From assembly GCA_964579175.1 (NCBI GenBank), contig CAZOFZ010000003.1, positions 1 to 38,586 on the forward strand: a DNA stretch of 38,586 nt, read 5' to 3'. Positions within the stretch are counted from its first letter, which is position 1. Every line of letters starts with the position of its first letter. Under the pieces are notes generated by a model. That model worked only from the letters and a program-made list of their open reading frames with translations, searched no databases and was not told the DNA's origin. Source of the DNA: an uncultured Nitrospirota bacterium. GTDB lineage: Bacteria; Nitrospirota; Nitrospiria; SBBL01; CAZOFZ01. The position numbers were made by a program, and so were the translations under genes. Of the stretch, positions 17,299 through 25,820 are shown piece after piece.

Positions 17299-19254
17299 AT
17301 GTGCGGCATAGCGGGTTTTTGGGATCATTCATGTCATTCCAACGCCGACACGCTACAGACGGTTGCGGCACAGATGGCCGATACCCTCTATCGCCGAGGT
17401 CCGGATGATGGCGGCGTCTGGGTGGATGCGAAGGCAGGGGTCGCCCTGAGCCACCGCCGCCTGTCCATCGTGGACCTCTCGCCCGAAGGACATCAGCCCA
17501 TGCACTCCGCGTGCAGGCGCTACGTCATTACGTTCAACGGAGAAATCTACAACTGTCTGGACATTCGCAACGAATTGGACGCGATGTCACAGACCGATTG
17601 GCGCGGTCACTCCGATACCGAAGTGATGCTCGAAGCCGTGCGCCGGTGGGGGCTGAAAAAGGCTATCGTGCGATTCGACGGGATGTTTGCCTTTGCGCTC
17701 TGGGATCGCGAAGATCGCACGTTGTCCCTCGCGCGAGACCGGCTGGGCGAGAAACCTCTCTATTACGGCTGGACGGGGAAGACCTTTTTTTTTGCTTCGG
17801 AGCTGAAGGCGTTACGCGCTCACCCCACTTTCAAGGGTGAGATTGACCGAAACGCATTGGCGCTTTATCTTCGGCACAATTGCATTCCGGCTCCGTATTC
17901 GATCTACCGGGGAATTTATAAGCTGCCCCCGGGAACAATTCTAACCCTTTCCGCTTCCGATTCCTCTGGCGCGAAGCCCGTTCCGTACTGGTCTGCTAGG
18001 GAGGTTGTGGAACGGGGCGTCGCTGAGCCGTGGCCAGGTTCGGAAGAGGAGGCCATTGCCGCGTTGGATGGTTTACTCCGAAAAACAATCCGGCGCCGGA
18101 TGGTGGCGGATGTACCACTGGGCGCATTCCTCTCCGGAGGGGTCGATTCCTCTACGGTGGTGGCGCTGATGCAGGCGCAAAGTGATCGGCCGGTAAAAAC
18201 CTTCTCGATCGGCTTTCAAGAGGGGGAATATAACGAAGCGGTCCACGCGAAGGCGGTTGCGTCTCATCTGGGAACGGAACACACCGAGTGGGATATCACG
18301 CCCGATGAGGCGATGGGAGTCATTCCAAAACTCCCCACCCTTTACGATGAGCCTTTCGCCGACTCCTCCCAAATTCCGACCGATCTGGTTTCGCAGCTGG
18401 CACGCCAACATGTGACGGTTAGTCTCTCCGGGGATGGGGGAGACGAGCTTTTTGGTGGATATAACCGTTATGTTTGGGGACATCGTATCTGGAACAAGAT
18501 CGGCTGGGCGCCGCATGGCGTCCGGAAGAGTGTGGCGAATGCCTTGACGACGATCTCACCTAGGAAATGGGACCAAGGGTTCGGATGGCTCTCGCCCCTT
18601 CTGCCGAAGACCCTGCAACAAAGGATGCCCGGAGATAAAGTACACAAGCTGGCCGAGCTTCTTACTGCGGAGTCACCCGAGGCCCTGTACCACCGCTTGG
18701 TCTCCCATTGGGACAACCCTGCTTCTGTGGTAGTCGGCTCCTTGGAGCCACCCACCGTTCTGACCGATCCAAGGCGGTGGGCCCGTTTGCCCGACTTTAC
18801 GCAATGGATGATGTACCTCGACACCCTCACCTACCTGCCGGACGACATCCTCGTAAAGGTGGACCGCGCGAGCATGGGGGTGAGCCTCGAAGGGCGAATG
18901 CCCTTCCTGGATCATCATGTTCTGGCGTTCGCGTGGCAGATTCCAAACAGCATGAAGATTCGTGACGGACAGGGGAAGTGGCTGCTGCGCCAAGTACTCT
19001 ATCGATACGTTCCCAAGGCACTCATTGAGCGCCCTAAAATGGGATTTGGTGTGCCGATTGACGCTTGGCTACGTGGCCCACTGCGAGATTGGGCGGAGCC
19101 CCTTCTCGATGAGAAGCGTTTAAGTAGAGAAGGGGTTTTTCGCCCAGAACCGATTCGGGAAAAGTGGCTTGAACATCTTTCGGGTCAGAGAAATTGGCAA
19201 TATTATCTATGGGATATTTTAATGTTCCAAGCGTGGATTGCGCAGTGGAAATAA
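17299..19254 (+). CDS. asnB: asparagine synthase (glutamine-hydrolysing), polysaccharide-cluster amidotransferase type
   Basis: MCGIAGFWDH places the Ntn nucleophile Cys at position 2, which fixes the start at 17299. The SGGVDSS PP-loop is present. 651 aa. Confidence 0.9.
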   Translation: MCGIAGFWDHSCHSNADTLQTVAAQMADTLYRRGPDDGGVWVDAKAGVALSHRRLSIVDLSPEGHQPMHSACRRYVITFNGEIYNCLDIRNELDAMSQTDWRGHSDTEVMLEAVRRWGLKKAIVRFDGMFAFALWDREDRTLSLARDRLGEKPLYYGWTGKTFFFASELKALRAHPTFKGEIDRNALALYLRHNCIPAPYSIYRGIYKLPPGTILTLSASDSSGAKPVPYWSAREVVERGVAEPWPGSEEEAIAALDGLLRKTIRRRMVADVPLGAFLSGGVDSSTVVALMQAQSDRPVKTFSIGFQEGEYNEAVHAKAVASHLGTEHTEWDITPDEAMGVIPKLPTLYDEPFADSSQIPTDLVSQLARQHVTVSLSGDGGDELFGGYNRYVWGHRIWNKIGWAPHGVRKSVANALTTISPRKWDQGFGWLSPLLPKTLQQRMPGDKVHKLAELLTAESPEALYHRLVSHWDNPASVVVGSLEPPTVLTDPRRWARLPDFTQWMMYLDTLTYLPDDILVKVDRASMGVSLEGRMPFLDHHVLAFAWQIPNSMKIRDGQGKWLLRQVLYRYVPKALIERPKMGFGVPIDAWLRGPLRDWAEPLLDEKRLSREGVFRPEPIREKWLEHLSGQRNWQYYLWDILMFQAWIAQWK

Positions 19255-19268
19255 CGGGGGTAGAGGGC

Positions 19269-20624
19269 GTGTTGGGAATACAACCAGATCACACAAAGCA
19301 GATTGTCTTCCTGGGCTTAAACGAGATGAACTTTGATGCGGTTCGTGAATACATTCGTCTGGGTTACCTGCCTCACTTTTCCAGGTTCCTTGAAAACCAC
19401 GGATACTACACAACAACGTCAGAGAGGGACTACGAACATCTTGAACCCTGGATTCAGTGGGTGACGATCCATACCGGAAAATCCTATGACGAACATCAAG
19501 TCTTTCGGCTTGGAGATTTTCACAAGAGCCCTTTGCCGCAAATTTGGGAAACTTTGGAGGCAAAAGGCCTCAAAGTGGGTGCCATCTCCCCCATGAATGC
19601 CGTCAATCGTATGCGGGCCCCGGCCTTTTTCATGCCAGACCCCTGGACCGAAGGGAATGTGACAGGGTCATGGTTATTGAAAGGTCTACATAAGGCCATT
19701 GTGCATGGGGTGAATGAAAATACAGCGCAGGGGTTGTCTCTAACAGATGGCTTGTTTCTATTGATGGGCCTCTTGCGGTATTCCGGTCACTCGTTATGGC
19801 AACAGTTTCTTTCTCTGGTCGCAAGCCGCCAAAAGCCCTGGCACCGCGTGCTCATCCTGGATCGGATGCTTGCGGCAGTTTATTACAATCTTCTCCTGGA
19901 GAAACGCCCCGACTTCTCGACATTGTTCCTGAATGGAGCCGCCCACTTGCAGCACCATTACCTTTTCAATTCAAGTGTGTATCGCGGTTCCCGTACCAAT
20001 CCAACCTGGTATATTGGCAAGCAGGACGATCCCATTCTGGACATTTACCGCGTATATGACGAAATCGTGGGACAGTTTATGCGTCTTAAGACGGTACGAC
20101 TACTGATTGCAACGGGACTACACCAGGAACCGTATCCGACGCTTGAATACTATTGGAGGTTGAAAGATCATGCCGACTTTCTTACACGTTGTGGCATTCA
20201 TTTCGCCCAAGTCTTGCCACGCATGTCGCGTGACTTTGAGATCCGGTTTACATCACAGATAGACGCCAAGACGGCTTTCGATGTTCTGCACACGCTGCAT
20301 GACGGGCAGGGACGCACGCTGTTTTTGGTTGACAACCGGGGCGATACGTTATTCGCTACATTGACTTTTCCCGACCCCATTACGGAAAACACGCCCGTGG
20401 TGGACCGTTCAGGCCGAGTGCTGATCAGGGATTTTTCAAAACACACGGCGTTCGTGGCCATTAAAAACGCGGGTCATCACAGTACCGGTTACTTCGTAGA
20501 TTCCGAGACAACCGTTGTCCCTGGTCAGACCATGCCATTGTCGGATATTTTCAGGCGTCTGATCACGATGGCAGATATGCGGCATATCCAACAGACCCCC
20601 GTGAGTTCCCCCGTTGCAGTCTAA
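19269..20624 (+). CDS. alkaline-phosphatase-superfamily-like protein (type I phosphodiesterase/nucleotide pyrophosphatase-like), function unclear
   Basis: The start is GTG 19269 or TTG 19272, just after the asnB stop. By-eye resemblance to the AP-fold layout covers FLGLNEMNFDAV, LEPWIQWVTIHTGKSYDEHQVF, NGAAHLQHHY and NAGHHSTGYF. The coding assignment is solid and the function is tentative. Confidence 0.55.
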   Translation: MLGIQPDHTKQIVFLGLNEMNFDAVREYIRLGYLPHFSRFLENHGYYTTTSERDYEHLEPWIQWVTIHTGKSYDEHQVFRLGDFHKSPLPQIWETLEAKGLKVGAISPMNAVNRMRAPAFFMPDPWTEGNVTGSWLLKGLHKAIVHGVNENTAQGLSLTDGLFLLMGLLRYSGHSLWQQFLSLVASRQKPWHRVLILDRMLAAVYYNLLLEKRPDFSTLFLNGAAHLQHHYLFNSSVYRGSRTNPTWYIGKQDDPILDIYRVYDEIVGQFMRLKTVRLLIATGLHQEPYPTLEYYWRLKDHADFLTRCGIHFAQVLPRMSRDFEIRFTSQIDAKTAFDVLHTLHDGQGRTLFLVDNRGDTLFATLTFPDPITENTPVVDRSGRVLIRDFSKHTAFVAIKNAGHHSTGYFVDSETTVVPGQTMPLSDIFRRLITMADMRHIQQTPVSSPVAV

Positions 20625-21780
20625 AACAATCCTCTACTGCGCAGGTCTCTCCTGGTATCTCTGCCACTTCCGTCTTTCCCTCATGAGGCGGAAGGTGCTG
20701 GATGGATGGCAGGTTGTGGCCGTGGCCCCGCCCGATCACTTTCGGACTCTGGAACAATATACCCAGTGTTTCACAGAAGCGGGAATTCGGTACATTCCGA
20801 TCTCGATGTCTCGTTCCGGGATCAATCCGTTTTCGGAACTGTCTACACTGAGCCAACTGGTCCGGATTTATCAGCAGGTAAAACCCGGGCGCGTTCATCA
20901 TTTTACGATCAAAGCCGTCCTCTATGGTTCGATTGCGGCCCGGTTTGCCAAGATTCCAATGATCGTCAATGCCATTACCGGGATGGGTTACGTTTTCACA
21001 AGCGAGACATGGAAGGCGCGATTTTTACGGGCAATCGTCACACAGGCCTATCGGTGGGTGCTTCGGCGACCCAACGTGCGTGTCGTTTTTCAAAACCCGG
21101 ACGACCAACACTTTTTTGTCACCTCCCGTCTGATCCACGATCGGCAAGCGGTTCTCATTCGTAGTTCTGGAGTGGATGTCCTTCGCTTTGCGCCGACACC
21201 GGAGCCGGCGGGCGAACCGGTGATTCTAATGGTTGCCCGGATGTTATGGGACAAGGGTGTCGGAGAGTTGGTGGCGGCTGGGCGACTACTACGCGAATGG
21301 GGTCTGCCGGGCCAGATTGCTCTGGTGGGTGGTCCAGACCCAGGAAATCCTCGGAGCATTTCAGGAGAACAATTACAGGAGTGGCATCGGGAGGGAATCG
21401 TGCACTGGCTTGGACATCAGGATTCCTTGGAGAACCTGTTTGCCCGTTGCCACATTGTAGCGTTACCGTCTTACAGGGAGGGCGTCCCGACCAGTTTAAT
21501 CGAAGCGGCAGCCTGCGGCCGTCCCATTGTGACGACGGATGCGCCGGGCTGTCGGGAAATTGTACGACATGGGCAAAATGGTTTGTTAGTTCCTGTTTGT
21601 GATAGCAAGGCATTAGCCGATGCCTTGCGGATACTGATCGAAGACCCCGCCCTGCGGGCGCGTATGGGCGCGCGTGGGAGAGAGATTGCCGTTGCGGAGT
21701 TTTCCGAGGAGAAGGTCCTCGGGGAAACCCTTGCCGTGTACAATGAGTTGGAATCCAACGTTGATCGTGGGGTGTGTTGA
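20614..21780 (+). CDS. glycosyltransferase, GT4 family (WbuB-like)
   Basis: N-terminus ILYCAGLSWYLCHFRLSLMRRKVLDGWQVVAVAP. C-terminal motif EGVPTSLIEAAACGRPIVTTDAPGCREIVRHGQNGLLV. TTG start overlaps the upstream gene. Confidence 0.85.
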   Translation: MQSKTILYCAGLSWYLCHFRLSLMRRKVLDGWQVVAVAPPDHFRTLEQYTQCFTEAGIRYIPISMSRSGINPFSELSTLSQLVRIYQQVKPGRVHHFTIKAVLYGSIAARFAKIPMIVNAITGMGYVFTSETWKARFLRAIVTQAYRWVLRRPNVRVVFQNPDDQHFFVTSRLIHDRQAVLIRSSGVDVLRFAPTPEPAGEPVILMVARMLWDKGVGELVAAGRLLREWGLPGQIALVGGPDPGNPRSISGEQLQEWHREGIVHWLGHQDSLENLFARCHIVALPSYREGVPTSLIEAAACGRPIVTTDAPGCREIVRHGQNGLLVPVCDSKALADALRILIEDPALRARMGARGREIAVAEFSEEKVLGETLAVYNELESNVDRGVC

Positions 21781-22327
21781 AGATGATAATGGGTGCCGGT
21801 CTGATACGGAGCGGTGGGATGTCGCGTGTGGCGTTGCTTCTCTTTTTTGGCGCGGTGCTTGTTTATTTTCTGCGTCGCTGGCGGGTTTCATCCGGGGATG
21901 AAACTGGCTCCGCTTCGTCCCGTGCAGACGAGAGAACTCGGACGCTTCGTCCGCCATTGCCGCTACCCAACCTCCCCGGAAACGGGGAGGGAACCGTCGA
22001 TCCTCCTCCCTTGAATAGCGCCGACCCACTCGACGCCCACTTCCAGAATATTTTGCAGATCGCCCTTTCCCTGATTCCCCGGGGCAGCCGGGCCGTTATT
22101 TTTTGTGTGACGCCTCTGGCCAGCACGTTTCACTTCGGACGGCGTGGGGGCGCACCGACACGATCGGCGCCTGTGCAACGGGGCTCATCCCCCTCGGAGA
22201 GGAACTCTTGGGATGGGTCGCGCGGGAGAAGCGGCTGGTTTCCATCTCCAACCTCAAACAGCATCCCTGAAAGCTGGCCTATGATGACGGCAGCGTGGCC
22301 GTCGCCCAACAATTTGGACAGGTTTAG
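21774..22327 (+). pseudogene. disrupted membrane-anchored GAF-domain gene (frameshift plus premature stops, 3' end missing)
   Basis: Frame 1 encodes a TM helix (MSRVALLLFFGAVLVYFLRRW), then DPLDAHFQNILQIALSLIP. From about 22085 the GAF-like sequence continues in the +2 frame as GRYFLCDASGQHVSLRTAWG...GLIPLGEELLGWVAREKRLVSISNLKQHP, ending at TGA 22268-22270. The reading ends at 22327, immediately before repeat A. Confidence 0.5.
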
Positions 22328-22331
22328 TAAG

Positions 22332-22400
22332 CCAGAATTTTTGGCATGATCTGAATCCAGAAAGCGGGAGGAGAGGAGATGCGCCGGAAGCGGAAAAGGC
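22332..22400 (+). repeat. direct repeat copy A (upstream of gmd)
   Basis: CCAGAATTTTTGGCATGATCTGAATCCAGAAAGCGGGAGGAGAGGAGATGCGCCGGAAGCGGAAAAGGC aligns with 24818..24880 at roughly 80% identity. Identical blocks are TTTTGGCATGATC and GAAGCGGAAAAGGC. Confidence 0.8.
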
Positions 22401-22456
22401 ATCCGGGCGCTAGTCTGTAAAAACCTAATCAAGATCAGTCAGTTTTAGGACGAACG

Positions 22457-23578
22457 ATGCCAAAACAAGCCTTAATTACCGGCATTACCGGACAGGATGG
22501 GTCGTATCTGGCGGAGTTTCTGTTGGAAAAGGGATATGTGGTGCATGGCATCAAGCGCCGCGCCTCGCTCTTTAACACGCAACGGATTGACCACATTTAT
22601 GAGGATCCGCACGTCGAGAACAAGCACTTCGTGCTGCACTACGGCGACCTGACCGACACCTCGAATCTGACGCGCATCATCCAACAGGTGCAGCCGGACG
22701 AGGTCTACAACCTCGGCGCGCAAAGCCATGTCGCGGTCAGCTTTGAATCTCCGGAATACACCGCCGACGTCGATGCGATCGGCACACTGCGGCTGCTGGA
22801 AGCGATCCGCTTCCTGGGGCTGGAAAAGAAGACCCGCTTCTACCAGGCCTCGACTTCCGAGATGTACGGCCTGGTGCAAGAAATCCCCCAGAAGGAGACG
22901 ACGCCATTTTATCCGCGCAGCCCTTATGCCGTGGCAAAGCTCTACGCCTACTGGATCACGGTCAACTACCGGGAGGCCTATGGCCTGTACGCCTGCAACG
23001 GCATTCTGTTCAACCACGAGTCGCCCCGTCGCGGCGAAACGTTTGTGACGCGCAAGATTACCCGCGGTTTGGCCAACGTTGCGCAGGGGTTGGAACGGTG
23101 TCTGTACATGGGCAACCTCGACGCCCGGCGTGACTGGGGACATGCGAAGGACTTTGTGCGGATGCAATGGCTGATGCTCCAGCAAGCGCAGCCGGAAGAC
23201 TTTGTGATCGCCACCGGCGTGCAGTACTCGGTTCGGGAATTCATCCAATGGTCGGCAGCGGAACTGGGGGTGACGCTCCGCTTTGAAGGCCGAGGGGTAG
23301 ACGAACATGGCGTGGTCGAAAAGATCGAGGGCGACAACGCACCCGCGCTGAAGGCGGGTGACGCGATCATACAGGTAGACCCGCGCTACTTCCGCCCGGC
23401 CGAGGTGGAGACGCTGCTGGGTGACCCATCCCGGGCCAGGGAGAAGCTCGGTTGGGTCCCCGAAATCACCGCACGGCAGATGTGTGCCGAGATGGTGGCC
23501 GAAGACCTGAAAGTGGCCAAGCGCCATGCCTTCCTGAAGGCGCATGGGCACGATGTTCCCATATCCGTTGAAAGTTGA
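22457..23578 (+). CDS. gmd: GDP-mannose 4,6-dehydratase
   Basis: [44 protein letters not shown] is a hallmark Gmd N-terminus. 373 aa. Confidence 0.95.
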   Translation: MPKQALITGITGQDGSYLAEFLLEKGYVVHGIKRRASLFNTQRIDHIYEDPHVENKHFVLHYGDLTDTSNLTRIIQQVQPDEVYNLGAQSHVAVSFESPEYTADVDAIGTLRLLEAIRFLGLEKKTRFYQASTSEMYGLVQEIPQKETTPFYPRSPYAVAKLYAYWITVNYREAYGLYACNGILFNHESPRRGETFVTRKITRGLANVAQGLERCLYMGNLDARRDWGHAKDFVRMQWLMLQQAQPEDFVIATGVQYSVREFIQWSAAELGVTLRFEGRGVDEHGVVEKIEGDNAPALKAGDAIIQVDPRYFRPAEVETLLGDPSRAREKLGWVPEITARQMCAEMVAEDLKVAKRHAFLKAHGHDVPISVES

Positions 23579-23581
23579 ACC

Positions 23582-24550
23582 ATGGATCGGGATGTAACCG
23601 TTTTTGTCGCAGGCCATCGCGGGATGGTCGGCTCGGCAATCGTGCGCCGGCTGCAGGCGCTCGGATACCGCCATCTTCTGACCGCTGGCCGCGATGAACT
23701 AGACTTGCTCCATCAGGGTGCGGTGAACCGCTATTTTGCCGGGCACCGTATTGACCAGGTCTATCTGGCGGCGGCAAAGGTGGGCGGGATCTATGCCAAC
23801 AACACCTATCCGGCCGAGTTTATCTACGAAAACCTGATGGTTGCAGCCAATGTCGTGCATGCGGCCCATACCCATGGCGTGCAGAAATTACTGTTTCTCG
23901 GGTCAAGCTGCATTTATCCGAAACATGCCGAGCAACCGATGCGAGAAGACGCACTGCTGACCGGCCTGCTGGAGCCGACCAACGCGCCGTACGCGGTTGC
24001 CAAGATTGCCGGTATCAAACTGTGCGAAAGCTACAACCGCCAATACGGTCGCGATTACCGCAGCGTGATGCCGACCAACCTCTATGGCCCGGGCGACAAC
24101 TTTCATCCCGAAAACAGCCATGTGATTCCCGCCCTGCTGCGGCGCTTCCACGAGGCAGTCCGGCAAGGGAAGGAGGAAGTGGTCATTTGGGGCAGCGGTA
24201 CACCGATGCGGGAGTTCCTCCACGTAGACGACATGGCTGCGGCAAGCGTCCATGTGATGGAGCTGAACGAGGCAACTTACGGCGCCAACACGCAACCGAT
24301 GTGTAGCCACATCAACGTCGGGAGCGGTGTGGATTGCACGATCCGCGAACTGGCCGAAACGATCGCTCGCGTGACGGGGTTTGGCGGGCGGCTTGTCTTC
24401 GACGCCAGCAAGCCTGACGGCACACCCCGCAAGCTGATGGATATGTCGCGTTTGAAGGCGCTCGGCTGGCAGGCGCGGATCGGCCTCGAAGAAGGGCTGC
24501 GTGATACTTACGCTTGGTACGAAAAAAATATCGCCGTGGGGGCGGTGTGA
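23582..24550 (+). CDS. fcl: GDP-L-fucose synthase (GDP-4-keto-6-deoxymannose 3,5-epimerase/4-reductase)
   Basis: [25 protein letters not shown] and YAVAKIAG motifs. It starts 3 nt after gmd. Confidence 0.93.
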   Translation: MDRDVTVFVAGHRGMVGSAIVRRLQALGYRHLLTAGRDELDLLHQGAVNRYFAGHRIDQVYLAAAKVGGIYANNTYPAEFIYENLMVAANVVHAAHTHGVQKLLFLGSSCIYPKHAEQPMREDALLTGLLEPTNAPYAVAKIAGIKLCESYNRQYGRDYRSVMPTNLYGPGDNFHPENSHVIPALLRRFHEAVRQGKEEVVIWGSGTPMREFLHVDDMAAASVHVMELNEATYGANTQPMCSHINVGSGVDCTIRELAETIARVTGFGGRLVFDASKPDGTPRKLMDMSRLKALGWQARIGLEEGLRDTYAWYEKNIAVGAV

Positions 24551-24607
24551 TTGATACGTCCCTTGGGGAAGGCAGGTTGCCGCTTCGGAGTTTGACGCTT
24601 TCCTGTC

Positions 24608-24823
24608 TCTTGGATAAGTTATTGACGTTTAACTAATAATGGATACATTGCTTGCTCCCCTCCTCACGTGAGGAGATGCAGGGGGTGGTTGTTCCGGTGA
24701 CTTCTTCCCGTCATGTTTTACGTGTCCGCCTTCGAGCGCCTTCTCAAACCACCCCTCGCCCCTCCTTGGATAAGGAGGGGAATGAATCGTACCCATTATT
24801 ACTTAAAGATCAATAATCCAAGA
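24608..24823. mobile_element. MITE-like / long imperfect palindromic element (non-coding)
   Basis: The terminal inverted repeats are TTATTGACGTTTAACTAATAATGGATAC (24619-24646) and the reverse complement of GTACCCATTATTACTTAAAGATCAATAA (24789-24816), matching at 24 of 28 positions. The arms stay alignable for about 75 nt. Each arm holds its own hairpin: CTCCTCACGTGAGGAG, and CCCCTCCTT-GGAT-AAGGAGGGG. The core is ~54 nt and non-palindromic. There is no ORF. Confidence 0.5.
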
Positions 24824-24880
24824 TTTTGGCATGATCCGAGTCCAGGAAGCGGGGGGAGATGAGCCAGAAGCGGAAAAGGC
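24818..24880 (+). repeat. direct repeat copy B (downstream of fcl and the palindromic element)
   Basis: CCAAGATTTTGGCATGATCCGAGTCCAGGAAGCGGGGGGAGATGAGCCAGAAGCGGAAAAGGC. See copy A. Confidence 0.8.
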
Positions 24881-25003
24881 GACGCATTTTTCAAAAAGGG
24901 GTTGTTCTGCTATAACTGAAACGTTGTCCCCGCGATTGCGTGCGATATTGCGCGAAGGGGTCGTTTAAATCGTGAACGTAAGCCGTACAGAGGAGGAGTT
25001 AAA

Positions 25004-25525
25004 ATGAGGACGAAACAGGGAACCTGTTGGGCGTGGGTGCTATTTGGGCTGTTTCTTGCGGCGGTCCACGTCGCGAAAGCGGCGGAAGACCCCACGGGAC
25101 TCTCCGAGATCGGGACTGCGGCTGCCAATGCAGCGCAAGCCGAAGCGGCCGCGACCGCCGCGAAAAAGCTTCAATCCATAACGGGTACCGCAACCGATCA
25201 ATTGGGAACGACCCCGGAAGCTGCGGAGTCAGCACTTTCAGATGCGGAAGAGAGCGCCGAAACCGATCCGAAAAAGAAGGGTCCGAAAAAAGGAAAGGTC
25301 CGGCAGATGACGGGTCGCGTGACGTCCATTGATACGGCCACAAACAGTTTTACGGTACAGAAGGGAAAGAAAGAGACGGTCATCCGCACCACGGAGAAAA
25401 CCCAGGTGAAGGCCGGGAAGGTCGTCAAATCCCTATCCGATCTCAAGATAGGAGACAAGGTCAAGATGAGACTCATCGAGGACGCGGGACAACTGGTGGC
25501 CCGAGTCATTCATCTGAAGCAATAG
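25004..25525 (+). CDS. secreted hypothetical protein (Ala-rich linker plus small C-terminal beta domain)
   Basis: A GAGGAGG RBS precedes the start. The signal peptide is MRTKQGTCWAWVLFGLFLAAVHVAKA. A low-complexity AAANAAQAEAAATAAKK region follows. The C-terminus is GRVTSIDTATNSFTVQKGKKETVIRT...IGDKVKMRLIEDAGQLVARVIHLK. Confidence 0.7.
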   Translation: MRTKQGTCWAWVLFGLFLAAVHVAKAAEDPTGLSEIGTAAANAAQAEAAATAAKKLQSITGTATDQLGTTPEAAESALSDAEESAETDPKKKGPKKGKVRQMTGRVTSIDTATNSFTVQKGKKETVIRTTEKTQVKAGKVVKSLSDLKIGDKVKMRLIEDAGQLVARVIHLKQ

Positions 25526-25555
25526 CGTACCGATGTACGGTCTACACGGATATAC

Positions 25556-25591
25556 TTTGCGTTTGCGGTAGGTACCTGCCGCAAACGCAAA
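25556..25591 (+). terminator. 36-nt near-perfect palindrome/hairpin downstream of the secreted-protein gene
   Basis: TTTGCGTTTGCGGTAGGTACCTGCCGCAAACGCAAA forms a 17-bp stem with one G-U pair. No U-tract follows, so intrinsic terminator function is uncertain. Confidence 0.45.
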
Positions 25592-25758
25592 CGGAGCACG
25601 CCCCCTTAATATGCCCACACCGCCTTCTCCTTCCCGCTCCGATTACCTTCCAATCCTACTTCTACCCAAACACAATAGAGTACACAATGTGACTCCAAAA
25701 TTGCCTGATACAAGAATACTTCTACCTGCATTTACCGTTTGTTACTATCCGCCACCGG

Positions 25759-25767
25759 TCATCCACA
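25759..25767 (+). promoter_or_regulatory. DnaA box candidate (TCATCCACA, 8/9 to TTATCCACA)
   Basis: Direct read within the AT-rich region. Confidence 0.5.
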
Positions 25768-25811
25768 GAAAGTAATGAGAACTCCTAAAGTAATCATAGT
25801 CTCTGTATTTT

Positions 25812-25820
25812 AGTGGATAA
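25812..25820 (-). promoter_or_regulatory. DnaA box candidate (TTATCCACT on the minus strand, 8/9)
   Basis: The plus strand reads AGTGGATAA. Confidence 0.5.

Noticed and set aside
17785-17793. T9 in asnB and A8 runs in dnaA (26356-26363), dnaN (28013-28020) and gyrB (29703-29710) as phase-variation tracts
   Set aside because: These are runs of Phe or Lys codons. Most lie in essential genes where ON/OFF switching is implausible. Only the G9 tract in the accessory acetyltransferase was kept as a finding.
22342-22357. TGGCAT-N5 sequence in repeats A and B as a sigma-54 -24/-12 promoter
   Set aside because: The -12 position reads GAAT or GAGT instead of TTGC. No GC dinucleotide occurs at the required GG-N10-GC spacing.
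22472-23674. 400-aa minus-strand ORF opposite gmd
   Set aside because: gmd is near-certain on the plus strand, so this antisense ORF is a GC-rich shadow. The same applies to 29446..30762 opposite gyrB, 35667..36434 opposite holB and 37221..37841 opposite rmuC.
24660-24675. CTCCTCACGTGAGGAG palindrome as a second parS
   Set aside because: Only the central CACGTG matches parS. The flanking TGTT/AACA arms are absent, and it is better explained as an arm hairpin of the palindromic element.
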